Shown here piece after piece: positions 1 through 10,409 of a stretch of 64,000 nucleotides of DNA; positions within the stretch are counted from its first letter, which is position 1, and every line of letters starts with the position of its first letter. Under the pieces are notes generated by a model. It ran no database searches. It had not been told where the DNA came from and saw only the letters and a program-made list of their open reading frames with translations. Source of the DNA: Candidatus Omnitrophota bacterium. Its GTDB lineage: Bacteria; Omnitrophota; Gorgyraeia; Zapsychrales; Fredricksoniimonadaceae. The stretch is from assembly GCA_028865345.1 (NCBI GenBank), contig JAGWKL010000005.1, positions 21,577 to 85,576 on the forward strand. Reading direction: 5' to 3'. The position numbers and the translations under genes are program-made.

Positions 1-1
1 A

Positions 2-502
2 ATTGATGAGGACCTGCAGCAAAAATCCCGGCGGCTTTTGGATGCCAATCCTTTGGGAAAAGTCCCGACCTTGATCCTGGATAACGGCACCGCGGTCTTC
101 GACAGCTCGGTCATTTGCCAATATCTCGACGGCCTCCATGATAAGGCCCTTATGATCCCGCGGGAATCCCTTGGGCGCATGGAGGTCTTAAAGTGGGAAG
201 CTTTTGCCGATGACCTGGTTGTGTGCGCGATCAATCTTTATATGGAAAAAGTCCGGCACCCGGATGATTTTCACAAGGACTGGACGGCGGCATTGGAGGC
301 CAATGTCCGCCGGGCTTTTGCCTTTATCGAAAGCAATCTGCACCAATTGCAGACATTCAATTTAGCGTCGGTCGCCGTGGCCTCCAGCCTCGGTTATATT
401 CATTTGCGCCTGCCTCATTTAAAGGAGCAGGGGGACGCGGCGCAATGGTTTGAAATAATTTCAAAACGTCCCAGCATGGCCCAAACCGTCCCGGTGGTCT
501 GA
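2..502 (+). CDS. Glutathione S-transferase family protein (5' truncated by window edge)
   Basis: NPLGKVPTL...FDSSVICQYLD GST N-terminal motif; frame is open back to position 2. Confidence 0.85.
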   Translation: MDEDLQQKSRRLLDANPLGKVPTLILDNGTAVFDSSVICQYLDGLHDKALMIPRESLGRMEVLKWEAFADDLVVCAINLYMEKVRHPDDFHKDWTAALEANVRRAFAFIESNLHQLQTFNLASVAVASSLGYIHLRLPHLKEQGDAAQWFEIISKRPSMAQTVPVV

Positions 503-514
503 AAGAAGGCACGC

Positions 515-1006
515 ATGCCCCGCCGCAAATTTGATGTCAGACGCCATTGCCCCGTTGAATTGCCCAACGGCCGCACCGTCCGCATCACCTTCATCAACCA
601 TCCCGGGGCCGTTCTCATAGTGCCGTTCTTAAATAAGGACTTGATCGTCATGATGCGCCAGTTCAGGCCGGCGCTTAAAAAGTACATTTACGAGCTGCCT
701 GCCGGCACTCTCGAGGCCGATGAGCCGCCGTCCACTTGTGCCCGGCGGGAATTGCTGGAAGAGACCGGATTCAAGGCCGGACGTCTGGTTAAGTTGGGGG
801 CCATTTATCCGGTGCCGGGATATTCGACGGAAGTTATCCATATTTTCAAAGCCGGGCGCCTGACTGCGGCGGGCGCCCAACCCGAGGATTATGAGGTTAT
901 CGAGCTTATTCCTATGAACAAATCCACGGTGCGCCGGCTTCTTGTTAAAGGAAAACTCATGGATGCTAAAAGTATTTGCGCTCTTGTGTTTTGCGGATGG
1001 TTGTAA
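515..1006 (+). CDS. NUDIX hydrolase, ADP-ribose pyrophosphatase-like
   Basis: HPGAV, RQFRP, ELPAG and Nudix box GTLEADEPPSTCARRELLEETG. Confidence 0.9.
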   Translation: MPRRKFDVRRHCPVELPNGRTVRITFINHPGAVLIVPFLNKDLIVMMRQFRPALKKYIYELPAGTLEADEPPSTCARRELLEETGFKAGRLVKLGAIYPVPGYSTEVIHIFKAGRLTAAGAQPEDYEVIELIPMNKSTVRRLLVKGKLMDAKSICALVFCGWL

Positions 1007-2229
1007 TGACGAGGCCTGTTCATTCCATCAAGCAATATGCTTTATCGTTGACCCTTTTGGGCGGCGTTGCGTTGGGCTGCCTGCTGGGGCTGGTCTTTAA
1101 AGAAAAGGCCGTTGTTTTCAAGCCCTTCGGCGATGCCTTTCTTAACCTGCTTTTTACCATTGTTGTCCCCCTGGTTTTTTTCTCCATTGCTTCGGCGGTC
1201 GCTTCGATGAACAATATCCGGCGTCTGGGACGGATCATTTTATGGATGATGCTGGTCTTTACCCTCACCGGTATCATCGCCTCCATCCTCATGCTGATCG
1301 CGGTACGGCTTTATCCGCCGGCCCTGGGCATCCCTATAGTCCTGCACGGTGGCGCCCATGTTCAGCAGCTCAACGTCTCCGACCAGATCGTCAAGGCCTT
1401 CACCGTTTCCGATTTTGCCGATCTTTTTTCCAAGAAGAACATGCTGGCCCTGATCATTTTTGCCTTGCTCATAGGTCTTAGCGCCTGCACTCTTGGAGAA
1501 AAAGCGAAAGCATTCACGTCTTTTCTGGTTTCCGGCAATGAGGTGATGATGAAAGCCATTTCCTATATCATGTGGTATGCGCCCATCGGATTAGGCGCCT
1601 ATTTTGCGTACTTGATCGGTGTCTTGGGCCCGCAACTATTGGGTGCCTATGTGCGTGCCATGACCATTTATTATCCGGTGTCCCTGGCGTATTTTTTTAT
1701 AGGTTTTTCCTGTTACGTGTTATTAGCGGCGGGAGGCAGGGGATTAAGGATTTTCTGGCCCAACATCATGCCCGCCGCCGCGACAGCCCTGGCCACCAGC
1801 AGCAGCATGGCTGTGATCCCCGTAAATTTGGAAGCGGCCGAACGCGTCGGGGTGCCCCGGGACATCCGTGAGATGGTCATCCCTATCGGCTCGACCATCC
1901 ATATGGACGGCTCCTGTCTTTCCGCTGTTCTTAAAATAGCGGTGCTTTTCGGGCTGTTCCACATGAATTTCTCGAGCCCCTGGGCCATGGCCACGGCGGT
2001 CGGTGTCGCCCTTTTAAGCGGCACGGTCATGAGCGGGATTCCAGGAGGCGGCTTCCTGGGAGAGCTGATGATCGTCACCCTTTATGGTTTTCCGGTCATG
2101 GCCATGCCCATCATATCCATGATCGGTACCCTGGTAGATCCTCCAGCCACGATGGTCAACGCTGTTGGAGACAATGTCAGCAGCATGCTGGTCGCGCGCA
2201 TTTTGGGCGGCAAAAACTGGATGTCCTAA
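1006..2229 (+). CDS. Dicarboxylate/amino acid:cation symporter (DAACS)
   Basis: Multiple TM segments, TSSS loop, IHMDGS motif; ATG overlaps upstream stop (TAATG). Confidence 0.9.
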   Translation: MTRPVHSIKQYALSLTLLGGVALGCLLGLVFKEKAVVFKPFGDAFLNLLFTIVVPLVFFSIASAVASMNNIRRLGRIILWMMLVFTLTGIIASILMLIAVRLYPPALGIPIVLHGGAHVQQLNVSDQIVKAFTVSDFADLFSKKNMLALIIFALLIGLSACTLGEKAKAFTSFLVSGNEVMMKAISYIMWYAPIGLGAYFAYLIGVLGPQLLGAYVRAMTIYYPVSLAYFFIGFSCYVLLAAGGRGLRIFWPNIMPAAATALATSSSMAVIPVNLEAAERVGVPRDIREMVIPIGSTIHMDGSCLSAVLKIAVLFGLFHMNFSSPWAMATAVGVALLSGTVMSGIPGGGFLGELMIVTLYGFPVMAMPIISMIGTLVDPPATMVNAVGDNVSSMLVARILGGKNWMS

Positions 2230-2921
2230 TGAGGACCGCCGTCATGTCCCCAAGTCGGTGTCTCACAATGGTATTGTGCCTTTGCCTGCCGGCCCTGCAG
2301 GGCTGCACCGCGCTGACTCCGCCGTCGTTATTCAAGCTGGGCCCTTCAATCTCCCAAGCCGTTATTGTCCATCCCGTCGCCAAAAATTCCATCCACGCCG
2401 GATTAAGCGCCTGGCAGAAAACCCATGCCGGGCAGGGAGCGGGGAATGGAGGCTGGCGCCGCATATTCTTTGTCAGGGCTCTCATCGGTAAAAACGGCTT
2501 GGCTGATCCCGGCCGCAAGAAAGAAGGGGACGGTAAGACCCCTTGGGGGGTTTATCCTTTGGGGCCCGCGTTCGGTTATGCCCCGTCGGCAGTTACAGGA
2601 CTGCCTTACCGCCAGGCCACGGATATTGATTTTTGGGTGGATGATCCGCGTTCAATGCAATATAATCAATGGGTCAGAGGTACGCCCCGTGCCCATTCTT
2701 TTGAACGCCTCAAACGCCCGGATGACCTTTACCGGTATGGGGTCGTTATTGGGTATAATATGCACCCGGTCATTCCCGGCGCAGGGAGCGCCATTTTCAT
2801 GCATATTTGGCGGGGAGGCGACAGCCCCACTGCGGGCTGTGTGGCTTTGAGTCAAAGGAATTTGCGCAGGATCCTGCGCTGGTTAAATCAACGCGATCAA
2901 CCTGTCATTATCCTGGAGTGA
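2229..2921 (+). CDS. L,D-transpeptidase-like (YkuD fold) lipoprotein
   Basis: KKEGDGKTPWG, GSAIFMH...PTAGCVAL His/Cys motif; lipobox-like LQGC; start uncertain. Confidence 0.8.
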   Translation: MRTAVMSPSRCLTMVLCLCLPALQGCTALTPPSLFKLGPSISQAVIVHPVAKNSIHAGLSAWQKTHAGQGAGNGGWRRIFFVRALIGKNGLADPGRKKEGDGKTPWGVYPLGPAFGYAPSAVTGLPYRQATDIDFWVDDPRSMQYNQWVRGTPRAHSFERLKRPDDLYRYGVVIGYNMHPVIPGAGSAIFMHIWRGGDSPTAGCVALSQRNLRRILRWLNQRDQPVIILE

Positions 2922-2925
2922 ATCG

Positions 2926-3201
2926 ATGACCAATGCACAAATGATCAACACAGTCTTAAGCACGTACGGGCTTTCCAATTTTATGGGCCCGGGCGGTTTT
3001 AATTGGTGGAACATTATCTGGGGGTCCATTTTCGGCCTGATCGGCTGGCTGGCTTTCTCACATGGTAAAAAAGAAAGGAGCTTCAGGCCGATGGTGATAG
3101 GCATTGTGATGATGGTTTACACGTTTTTTGTGGCCAATACATGGCTGGTCTTTCTCATCGGCTTAGGACTGACCGCCGCGCTGTATTTTTGGAGAGAATA
3201 A
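2926..3201 (+). CDS. Small membrane protein
   Basis: Three hydrophobic segments, operonic spacing, GGAG RBS. Confidence 0.7.
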   Translation: MTNAQMINTVLSTYGLSNFMGPGGFNWWNIIWGSIFGLIGWLAFSHGKKERSFRPMVIGIVMMVYTFFVANTWLVFLIGLGLTAALYFWRE

Positions 3202-3203
3202 CT

Positions 3204-3863
3204 ATGAGCCCGAAAATTTTACGATTTGCCGTTATATTAGGCGGCTGCGGCAATAAAGATGGCGCTGAAATCCATGAATCCGTCCTGACGCTTCTTAGTA
3301 TCGACCGCCATGGCCATCGGTACCAATGTTTTGCGCCCGACGTGCCGCAGGCCCGTGTCCTGAATTTTTTGACCAACGAACCCATGAATGAAAAACGCAA
3401 TGTGCTTCTTGAGGCGGCCCGCATTGCGCGCAGTAAAATCAAACCCCTGTCCGATTTTGCCCAAAAGGACTTTGACATCCTGGTCCTGCCTGGCGGCAGC
3501 GGGGTGGCGTATAATCTTTGCACTTTTGCCGTTGATGGTGATAAAATGACGGTTTTACCGCAGGTGGAATCGGCCCTGCGGGCCATGCATGCTGCGGCCA
3601 AGCCCATCGGGGCCTGGTGCATTGCGCCGGTCATCATTGCCCATGTCTTGAAAAAGGTCACGGTGACCTTCGGCCGGGACGAGAAGACCGCCGCGGTCTT
3701 TCGGAAATCGGGCGCGACAACCGTCAATACTGATGCCCGGGGGCTTGCGGTCGACCACGACAATAAGGTCGTGACCACCCCGTGTTATATGCTCGATGCC
3801 CGCATCAGCGAGGTGGCGGAAGGCATAGATAAAGGCATTCAACAACTGATCAAAATGGTGTGA
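3204..3863 (+). CDS. elbB: Glyoxalase ElbB (DJ-1/PfpI family)
   Basis: GCGNKDGAEIHES, EAARIAR, PGGSG, WCIAP, VTTPCYM; ATG 3204 chosen after upstream stop. Confidence 0.88.
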   Translation: MSPKILRFAVILGGCGNKDGAEIHESVLTLLSIDRHGHRYQCFAPDVPQARVLNFLTNEPMNEKRNVLLEAARIARSKIKPLSDFAQKDFDILVLPGGSGVAYNLCTFAVDGDKMTVLPQVESALRAMHAAAKPIGAWCIAPVIIAHVLKKVTVTFGRDEKTAAVFRKSGATTVNTDARGLAVDHDNKVVTTPCYMLDARISEVAEGIDKGIQQLIKMV

Positions 3864-3867
3864 ATTT

Positions 3868-4548
3868 ATGCGTATCCTTGTCATCGAAGATGAAGTCAAA
3901 ATCGCCCAGTTCATCAAGCGCGGCCTTAAAGAGGAGGGCTACGCCGTTGATGTGGCCAATGACGGCGAAGAAGGCCATTTCATGCTGGCTTCCAATGAAT
4001 ATGATGCCCTTGTTCTCGACTTGATGTTGCCCAAGATGGACGGCCTGGCGCTGTGCCGCCAGCTGCGCAAAGACGGCAATCAGATCCCTATCATCATGCT
4101 GACCGCCAAGGACACGGTCAAGGACAAGGTCAAGGGCCTGGACACCGGCGCGGACGATTATCTCCCTAAGCCTTTTGCCTTTGAGGAGCTGTTGGCGCGT
4201 GTGCGCGTATTGTTACGCAAAAAGGACAGCCGCGTGCAGACGCAGTTGAGGGTGGACGATCTTTGCCTGGATTTGTTGACCCACAAGGTGACAAGGTCCG
4301 ACCGCGATATCGATCTTACGTCCAAAGAATTCGCCTTGCTGGAATATTTGATGCGCAATGCCGGCAACATCGTCACCCGCACCATGATATCCGAGCACGT
4401 ATGGGATATTAATTTCGATACCTTCACCAATGTCATCGACGTCTATATCAATTATCTGCGTAATAAGATCGACAGCGGTTTTGAGAACAAAATGATCCAT
4501 ACCGTGCGGGGCAAAGGATACCTTCTCAAGAAGGGTGCAACACCTTAA
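3868..4548 (+). CDS. OmpR-family response regulator (CusR/CzcR-like)
   Basis: REC domain (ED, DLMLP, KPF) plus winged helix (TNVIDVYINYLRNKID, IHTVRGKGY). Confidence 0.95.
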   Translation: MRILVIEDEVKIAQFIKRGLKEEGYAVDVANDGEEGHFMLASNEYDALVLDLMLPKMDGLALCRQLRKDGNQIPIIMLTAKDTVKDKVKGLDTGADDYLPKPFAFEELLARVRVLLRKKDSRVQTQLRVDDLCLDLLTHKVTRSDRDIDLTSKEFALLEYLMRNAGNIVTRTMISEHVWDINFDTFTNVIDVYINYLRNKIDSGFENKMIHTVRGKGYLLKKGATP

Positions 4549-4553
4549 AGAAC

Positions 4554-6038
4554 ATGCCTTTCCATTCCATCCGCTTCAAGATCGTCCTGTGGCACATGCT
4601 GATCCTGTCCCTGGCCCTGTTCATTTTCGGGACGGTGCTCTATCACAATTTTTACCTGAAGGCCTCCGATGATACCGATGACATTTTGCGTTCCCGCGCC
4701 AAAGGTTTTGAACAGTCCATCAATACCTATTGGGAAGCCGAGAGCATGGCCATTGCCCAGGGAAACAGGAGGGTTCATTTTACCAAAGAAGATAATATCA
4801 ATTTTATAAGGCTGGCCAGGCGCTGGGTGGAGGAGAAGATCAATGACCCGGATTTAATCAATATAGTCGTGCGCATTTTCGATGCCCACGGAAATCCCAT
4901 TGCCTCTTCCAGGAATATCCCCATCGCGCACCTGAATGAGAGCATTTTTCACAACGTTAAGAAAGGCGCAGACCATTTTGAGAATGTTTTTCTGATGGAA
5001 GATGAGAAACCGTCCTCTTTCAGGACCCTCACCACTCCTGTCATGGAAGGCCGAAGGCTGGCCTACATCGTGCAGGTGGCCAGCCCCTTGTCCCAAATCC
5101 ATACCGTGCTTCGGAGTTTGCGCCTTTCTTTGCTTGTGTTGTTGCCCCTGACGGTCATCCTGACAGGATTGAGCGGCGTTTTTCTCGTCCAGCTGACGCT
5201 CAAGCCCGTTGACCAGATGATCGAGACCATCCACCAGATCAGGGCCGAAAATTTAAAGCTGCGGCTCAAGATCCCGGGCACCCGCGATGAAATAGAGTCC
5301 CTGGCCAGGACCTTTAACGAAATGATCGCCCGCCTGGATGAGGCCTTCACCACCCAGCGGCAATTCATGGAAGACATTTCCCATGAGCTTAAAACGCCTT
5401 TGGCGGTGCTTAAGGGAGAGCTGGAAGTCACGCTGAAAAAGATCCGGTCGACCCAGGAATACGAGACCGCCATGCACAGCATTCTCGAGGAGGTCGACCG
5501 CCTGGCGGGGATCGTGGGCAACCTTTTGACCCTGGCGAGGTTTGACGCGAAAACCACGGAGCTTGACGCGCAGCCGCTCGACCTCAACGCTTTGATCAAA
5601 GACGCGATAGAGGTCATGCAGGTGCTGGCCATCCAGAAAGACATAACGCTTCAATTCAACAGCGCCCATACGGTCGATATCACCGCCGACAAAAACCATC
5701 TCAGGCGGCTTATCTTGAATCTCCTGGACAATGCCATTAAATACACGCCGCCGGGAGGCAAGGTCTCCGTCGATCTCCGCCAACAGAAAGAAACGGTGGA
5801 CCTGGACATCGCGGACACCGGCGTTGGGATCCTTCCCAAAGACCTGCCCCATATTTTTGACCGTTTTTACAGGATCGACAAATCCCGCAGAAGCGCCGGC
5901 TTCGGGCTGGGCTTGAGCATCGCCCAGTCCATTGCCCTGGCGCATGGAGGGAAAATCGAGGCCAGGGCCAATGATCCCCAGGGAACGGTTTTTACCGTTT
6001 CTTTGCCGTTAAAGCCAAAACAGGTTATAGAATTTTAA
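4554..6038 (+). CDS. HAMP sensor histidine kinase
   Basis: Two TM segments, HAMP, SHELKTPL H-box, NLLDNAIKY, DTGVGI, GFGLGL. Confidence 0.95.
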   Translation: MPFHSIRFKIVLWHMLILSLALFIFGTVLYHNFYLKASDDTDDILRSRAKGFEQSINTYWEAESMAIAQGNRRVHFTKEDNINFIRLARRWVEEKINDPDLINIVVRIFDAHGNPIASSRNIPIAHLNESIFHNVKKGADHFENVFLMEDEKPSSFRTLTTPVMEGRRLAYIVQVASPLSQIHTVLRSLRLSLLVLLPLTVILTGLSGVFLVQLTLKPVDQMIETIHQIRAENLKLRLKIPGTRDEIESLARTFNEMIARLDEAFTTQRQFMEDISHELKTPLAVLKGELEVTLKKIRSTQEYETAMHSILEEVDRLAGIVGNLLTLARFDAKTTELDAQPLDLNALIKDAIEVMQVLAIQKDITLQFNSAHTVDITADKNHLRRLILNLLDNAIKYTPPGGKVSVDLRQQKETVDLDIADTGVGILPKDLPHIFDRFYRIDKSRRSAGFGLGLSIAQSIALAHGGKIEARANDPQGTVFTVSLPLKPKQVIEF

Positions 6039-6119
6039 TTTTATTCTAATCGTTATCTAATCTCAGGTTGCCTAAACTAAAACACGCAAAAAATGACAGC
6101 GCATCAAAAGGGTTCTTCA

Positions 6120-6479
6120 ATGAAGTCCGTTATTTTCATAGCTTTATTGATTTTACCGTCAATGCGTATGGCCTGGGCCTGGGGCGATGATCCTGTCATG
6201 GCCGCGACCATTGTCGAAAGTACGCATACGATTTCAGGCGGGATAGTCAAGTCTGTTTCCCGGGCCGATCCGGCCAAGGGGACAAAATCCGAGATTGTGG
6301 TGACGGATTCCCGGAGAAAATCGATCCATGTCGTCATCACGCCCACCACCACTCTTTGGGACTCGGATGACAAGGCCATTATGCCGGATAAAATAACCGC
6401 CCGCGCCCGCGTGAATGTCATTTATGTCTCCACCCCTGAAGGCATCAACATAGGCCAATCCGTCAAAATCCTCAAGTAG
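6120..6479 (+). CDS. Exported hypothetical beta-rich protein
   Basis: Signal peptide [10 protein letters not shown]...AWA; alternative start 6093. Confidence 0.65.
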   Translation: MKSVIFIALLILPSMRMAWAWGDDPVMAATIVESTHTISGGIVKSVSRADPAKGTKSEIVVTDSRRKSIHVVITPTTTLWDSDDKAIMPDKITARARVNVIYVSTPEGINIGQSVKILK

Positions 6480-6496
6480 CGCATTTTGGGCATTTA

Positions 6497-6525
6497 TTGA
6501 CATCCCGGATACCTTTCTATATAAT
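6497..6525 (+). promoter_or_regulatory. Sigma70 promoter of leuCD-ilvD-aroC operon
   Basis: Exact TTGACA (6497-6502), 17-bp spacer, TATAAT (6520-6525). Confidence 0.85.
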
Positions 6526-6549
6526 CAAAACTTCAATCGAAGAGGATTT

Positions 6550-7959
6550 ATGGGCCAAACAATGTTCGACAAAATATGGCAGGACCATCTGGTGCGGGAA
6601 TCCCAGGGCGATACTTCTTTAATATATATTGATCTGCATCTGGTGCATGAGGTGACAAGCCCTCAGGCTTTTGCGGCGTTAAGGGAAAATAAAAGGGCCG
6701 TGCGCTGCCCCGGGAAAACCGTGGCGACCATGGACCACAATGTGTCCACGCGCACCAAGGACATTTCCCAAGTAGAAATGACTTCCCGTACTCAAATGGA
6801 GGCCTTGTCCAAGAATGCCAAAGATTTTGGCATTAAATTGTATGATTTTGCAGACAAGGACCAGGGGATCGTGCATGTCATCGGCCCGGAGCAGGGGCTG
6901 ACCTTGCCCGGCATGACCATTGTGTGCGGCGATTCCCATACCGCCACCCACGGGGCCTTCGGAAGCCTGGCTTTCGGTATCGGCACTTCGGAGGTGGAGC
7001 ATGTCCTGGCCACCCAGACCCTGCAACAGAACAAGCCCAAGACCATGCTCATCAATATCGACGGGAAATTAGGTCAAGGGGTGGTGTCCAAGGACATTAT
7101 TTTGTATATCATAGGCCTTATCGGGACAGCCGGAGGCACGGGGTATGTCATCGAGTACGCCGGTTCAGCGATACGGGAGCTGTCCATGGAAGCCCGCATG
7201 ACCATGTGCAACATGTCCATTGAAGCCGGCGCACGCGCGGGCATGATCGCGCCTGATGAGACGACTTTTAATTATATCAATGGCCGCGACTTTGCCCCTA
7301 AAGGCGCTGATTGGCCCAAGGCCGTCTCTTACTGGAAAGCCCTGGCCTCTGACAAAGACGCCGCATTTGATAAGGTCATAAATATTAAAGCCGAGCACAT
7401 CAAGCCCATGGTCACCTGGGGGACGTCCCCGGGACAGGTCACTTCTGTAGATGGAGTTGTTCCTGACCCCGAGTCCATGAAGGACCCTGTGGAGCGTGCC
7501 GCCGCCAGGAATGCCCTGGTTTACATGGATTTGAAACCGGGCACTAAAATGACGGACATCAAAATTGACAAGGTTTTTATAGGCTCCTGCACCAATGGCC
7601 GCATCGAGGACCTGCGCGCCGCCGCCCAGATCGTTTTGGGCAGGAGGGTGGCGCCGGGTGTTGAGGCTATGGTGGTGCCCGGTTCAGGCCGGGTGCGGCT
7701 TCAGGCCCAAAAAGAAGGCTTGGATAAAATATTTACAGATGCCGGACTGGAATGGCGCTTTGCCGGCTGTTCCATGTGTTTGGGTATGAATGACGACCAG
7801 TTAAAAAAAGGCGAACGCTGCGCTTCCTGCAGCAACCGCAATTTCGAGGGACGGCAGGGTCCCGGCGGACGTACGCATTTGATGAGCCCGCAAATGGCGG
7901 CCCTCGCCGCTTTGGAAGGCAAGATCACGGATATCAGAATACCAAGGCCTACGCCTTAA
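6550..7959 (+). CDS. leuC: 3-isopropylmalate dehydratase large subunit
   Basis: [40 protein letters not shown]. Confidence 0.98.
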   Translation: MGQTMFDKIWQDHLVRESQGDTSLIYIDLHLVHEVTSPQAFAALRENKRAVRCPGKTVATMDHNVSTRTKDISQVEMTSRTQMEALSKNAKDFGIKLYDFADKDQGIVHVIGPEQGLTLPGMTIVCGDSHTATHGAFGSLAFGIGTSEVEHVLATQTLQQNKPKTMLINIDGKLGQGVVSKDIILYIIGLIGTAGGTGYVIEYAGSAIRELSMEARMTMCNMSIEAGARAGMIAPDETTFNYINGRDFAPKGADWPKAVSYWKALASDKDAAFDKVINIKAEHIKPMVTWGTSPGQVTSVDGVVPDPESMKDPVERAAARNALVYMDLKPGTKMTDIKIDKVFIGSCTNGRIEDLRAAAQIVLGRRVAPGVEAMVVPGSGRVRLQAQKEGLDKIFTDAGLEWRFAGCSMCLGMNDDQLKKGERCASCSNRNFEGRQGPGGRTHLMSPQMAALAALEGKITDIRIPRPTP

Positions 7960-7995
7960 AGTAACCATTGGCCCAAGAAAGGAACAGGGAACCTT
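7960..7995 (-). repeat. Junction element copy 1 (reverse, degenerate)
   Basis: Minus strand AAGGTTCCCTGTTCCTTTC-TTGGGCCAA-TGGTTACT shares TTCCCTGTTCCTT exactly with copies at 11512 and 11570. Confidence 0.65.
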
Positions 7996-8611
7996 GCAAC
8001 CGTTTAAGACCCATACAGGTGTCGCGGCCCCCTTGGACCGCGTCAACGTCGACACCGACGCCATCATCCCTAAGCAATTTTTGAGGAAGATCGAAAAGGC
8101 CGGTTTCGGCAGGCATCTTTTCCATGAATGGCGCTATAGCGACTATGAAGGCACCAAGGAGAACCCGGATTTCGTTTTAAATCAAGGGCCCTTTCGCAAA
8201 GCCACGGTGCTTTTGGCCAGGGACAATTTCGGCTGCGGTTCCAGCCGCGAGCATGCGCCCTGGGCGTTGGCCGATTTCGGGTTTAAAGTGATCATCGCTC
8301 CGTCTTTCGCGGATATTTTTTATAACAATTGCGTCAAGAACGGCATTTTGCTGGCGCGCTTGAAATCCCAGGAAGTTGATGAGATATTTGCCTTTGCCGC
8401 GAAAAACGAGGGGGGCGCGGTCAGCGCGGATCTGCCGTCCCAGACCGTCACGGCAGGAGGCAGGGTTTACAAATTTCCCATGGATGCCTTTAATAAGGAA
8501 TGCCTGCTCAAAGGCCTGGACGCTATCGGCTGGACAATGCAATTCAAGGACAATATCTCGGACTACGAAAATAAAATGAAATCCGAGCGTCCGTGGATCT
8601 CGAGGGTTTAA
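7994..8611 (+). CDS. leuD: 3-isopropylmalate dehydratase small subunit
   Basis: [28 protein letters not shown]; TTG start. Confidence 0.98.
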   Translation: MQPFKTHTGVAAPLDRVNVDTDAIIPKQFLRKIEKAGFGRHLFHEWRYSDYEGTKENPDFVLNQGPFRKATVLLARDNFGCGSSREHAPWALADFGFKVIIAPSFADIFYNNCVKNGILLARLKSQEVDEIFAFAAKNEGGAVSADLPSQTVTAGGRVYKFPMDAFNKECLLKGLDAIGWTMQFKDNISDYENKMKSERPWISRV

Positions 8612-8613
8612 AA

Positions 8614-10290
8614 ATGTCTGATATCAGAAAGTTCTCCCGTTTGGTTGTCGACGGCAATGACCGCGCACCCAACCGGTCCATGCTGCGCGCCACCGGGTTC
8701 AAGGATGAGGATTTTGGCAAAGCCCAAATCGGCGTGGTTTCCACCTGGAGCATGCTCACCCCCTGCAACATGCACATTGATAAATTGGCCGCCAAGGCGG
8801 TGGAGGGGGTTGACGCCGCCGGCGGCAAGGGCATCATTTTCGGCACCATCACCGTGGCCGACGGCATTTCCATGGGCACCGAGGGCATGAAGTATTCCCT
8901 GGTTTCCCGCGAGGTGATCGCGGATTCCGTGGAAACGGTCGCCGGATGCGAAGGCTTCGACGGGCTGGTGGCCGTGGGCGGCTGCGACAAGAACATGCCC
9001 GGTTGTGTGATCGCCATGGCCCGCCTGAACCGTCCGTCGGTGTTTGTTTATGGCGGCACCATTTTGCCCGGCTGCCTGCATGGACAGAACCTGGACATCG
9101 TTTCCGTATTTGAAGCGGTTGGCAAACATGCCGCCCGGAAAATTTCCGACCAGGAATTAAAAGATATCGAAAGCTGCGCCATACCGGGTCCCGGTTCATG
9201 CGGGGGGATGTACACGGCCAATACCATGGCCAGCGCCATCGAGGCTCTGGGCATGAGTCTTCCCAACAGCTCCATGCAAATTGCCGTGTCCCGGGAGAAA
9301 CAATTGGATTGTTTTAATGCCGGCGCCGCCGTCCTGGATTTATTGAAACGGAATCTCAGGCCCCGCGACATCATGACCAAAAAAGCTTTTGAAAATGCCA
9401 TTTGCGTGGTCACCGCCTTGGGCGGATCGACGAATGCCGTTTTGCATCTCATGGCCATTGCCCATGCGGCAGGCGTCAAATTAAACCTCGATGATTTCAC
9501 CCGCGTGAGCAAAAAAGTTCCGGTGTTGGCCGACCTTAAGCCCAGCGGCCGTTTTGTAACGGCGGAATTGGCGGCCATCGGCGGGCTTTTGCCGTTGATG
9601 AAAATGCTTTTGGACAAAGGCCTGTTGCACGGCGAGTGCATGACCGTGACAGGAAAAACCATGCGTGCCAATTTAGCTGATGTCAAACCATACCCCGCGG
9701 GCCAAGAGATCATCAGGCCGTTGGATAACCCCATTAAGAAGGAAGGCCATCTGGTCATTTTATATGGTAATCTTGCTCCTGAGGGTTCGGTAGCCAAGAT
9801 CACCGGCAAGGAAGGGTTGTCTTTCAGCGGGCGGGCCAAGGTTTTTGATTCGGAAGAAAAGGCGCTCAAAGCCATATTAGGCGGCAAAATTGTCAAGGGG
9901 GATGTGGTAGTGGTCCGCTATGAAGGCCCCCGCGGCGGTCCCGGCATGCGCGAGATGCTTTCTCCCACATCGGCCATTGCGGGCCGGGGACTCGGCAAGG
10001 ATGTCGCCTTGATCACCGACGGGCGGTTTTCCGGAGGTTCACACGGTTTTGTGGTAGGGCACATCACGCCCGAGGCTTTTAACGGCGGGCTTTTGGGTAT
10101 CGTCAAAAACGGCGATACCATCACCATTGACGCCGTCAAAAGGCAGATCGATCTTCTCCTCCCTGCGGCGGAAATCAAGAAGCGCCAAAAAGCCTGGGAA
10201 GCGCCAAAACCAAAATATACCCGCGGTGTCTTGGCCAAGTACGCTAAATTGGTCACCAGCGCCTCCAGTGGTGCAGTGACGGACAAATAA
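8614..10290 (+). CDS. ilvD: Dihydroxy-acid dehydratase
   Basis: [50 protein letters not shown]. Confidence 0.98.
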   Translation: MSDIRKFSRLVVDGNDRAPNRSMLRATGFKDEDFGKAQIGVVSTWSMLTPCNMHIDKLAAKAVEGVDAAGGKGIIFGTITVADGISMGTEGMKYSLVSREVIADSVETVAGCEGFDGLVAVGGCDKNMPGCVIAMARLNRPSVFVYGGTILPGCLHGQNLDIVSVFEAVGKHAARKISDQELKDIESCAIPGPGSCGGMYTANTMASAIEALGMSLPNSSMQIAVSREKQLDCFNAGAAVLDLLKRNLRPRDIMTKKAFENAICVVTALGGSTNAVLHLMAIAHAAGVKLNLDDFTRVSKKVPVLADLKPSGRFVTAELAAIGGLLPLMKMLLDKGLLHGECMTVTGKTMRANLADVKPYPAGQEIIRPLDNPIKKEGHLVILYGNLAPEGSVAKITGKEGLSFSGRAKVFDSEEKALKAILGGKIVKGDVVVVRYEGPRGGPGMREMLSPTSAIAGRGLGKDVALITDGRFSGGSHGFVVGHITPEAFNGGLLGIVKNGDTITIDAVKRQIDLLLPAAEIKKRQKAWEAPKPKYTRGVLAKYAKLVTSASSGAVTDK

Positions 10291-10293
10291 CTT

Positions 10294-10371
10294 ATGGCAG
10301 GCAATTCTTTCGGACAGTTTTTTAAGATCACCACCTTCGGCGAAAGCCACGGGCCCGCGATTGGGGGCGTC
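10294..10371 (+). pseudogene. Orphan 5' stub of aroC (26 codons); ORF reads through the element to TAA at 10407
   Basis: [26 protein letters not shown] vs functional [26 protein letters not shown]. Confidence 0.92.
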
Positions 10372-10409
10372 AAAAGGCCCAATTGCTTCGACGTCGAAAG
10401 AGGTTAATT
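10372..10409 (+). repeat. Junction element copy 2
   Basis: AAAAGGCCCAATTGCTTCGACGTCGAAAGAGGTTAATT; perfect palindrome TTCGACGTCGAA at 10387-10398. Confidence 0.8.
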
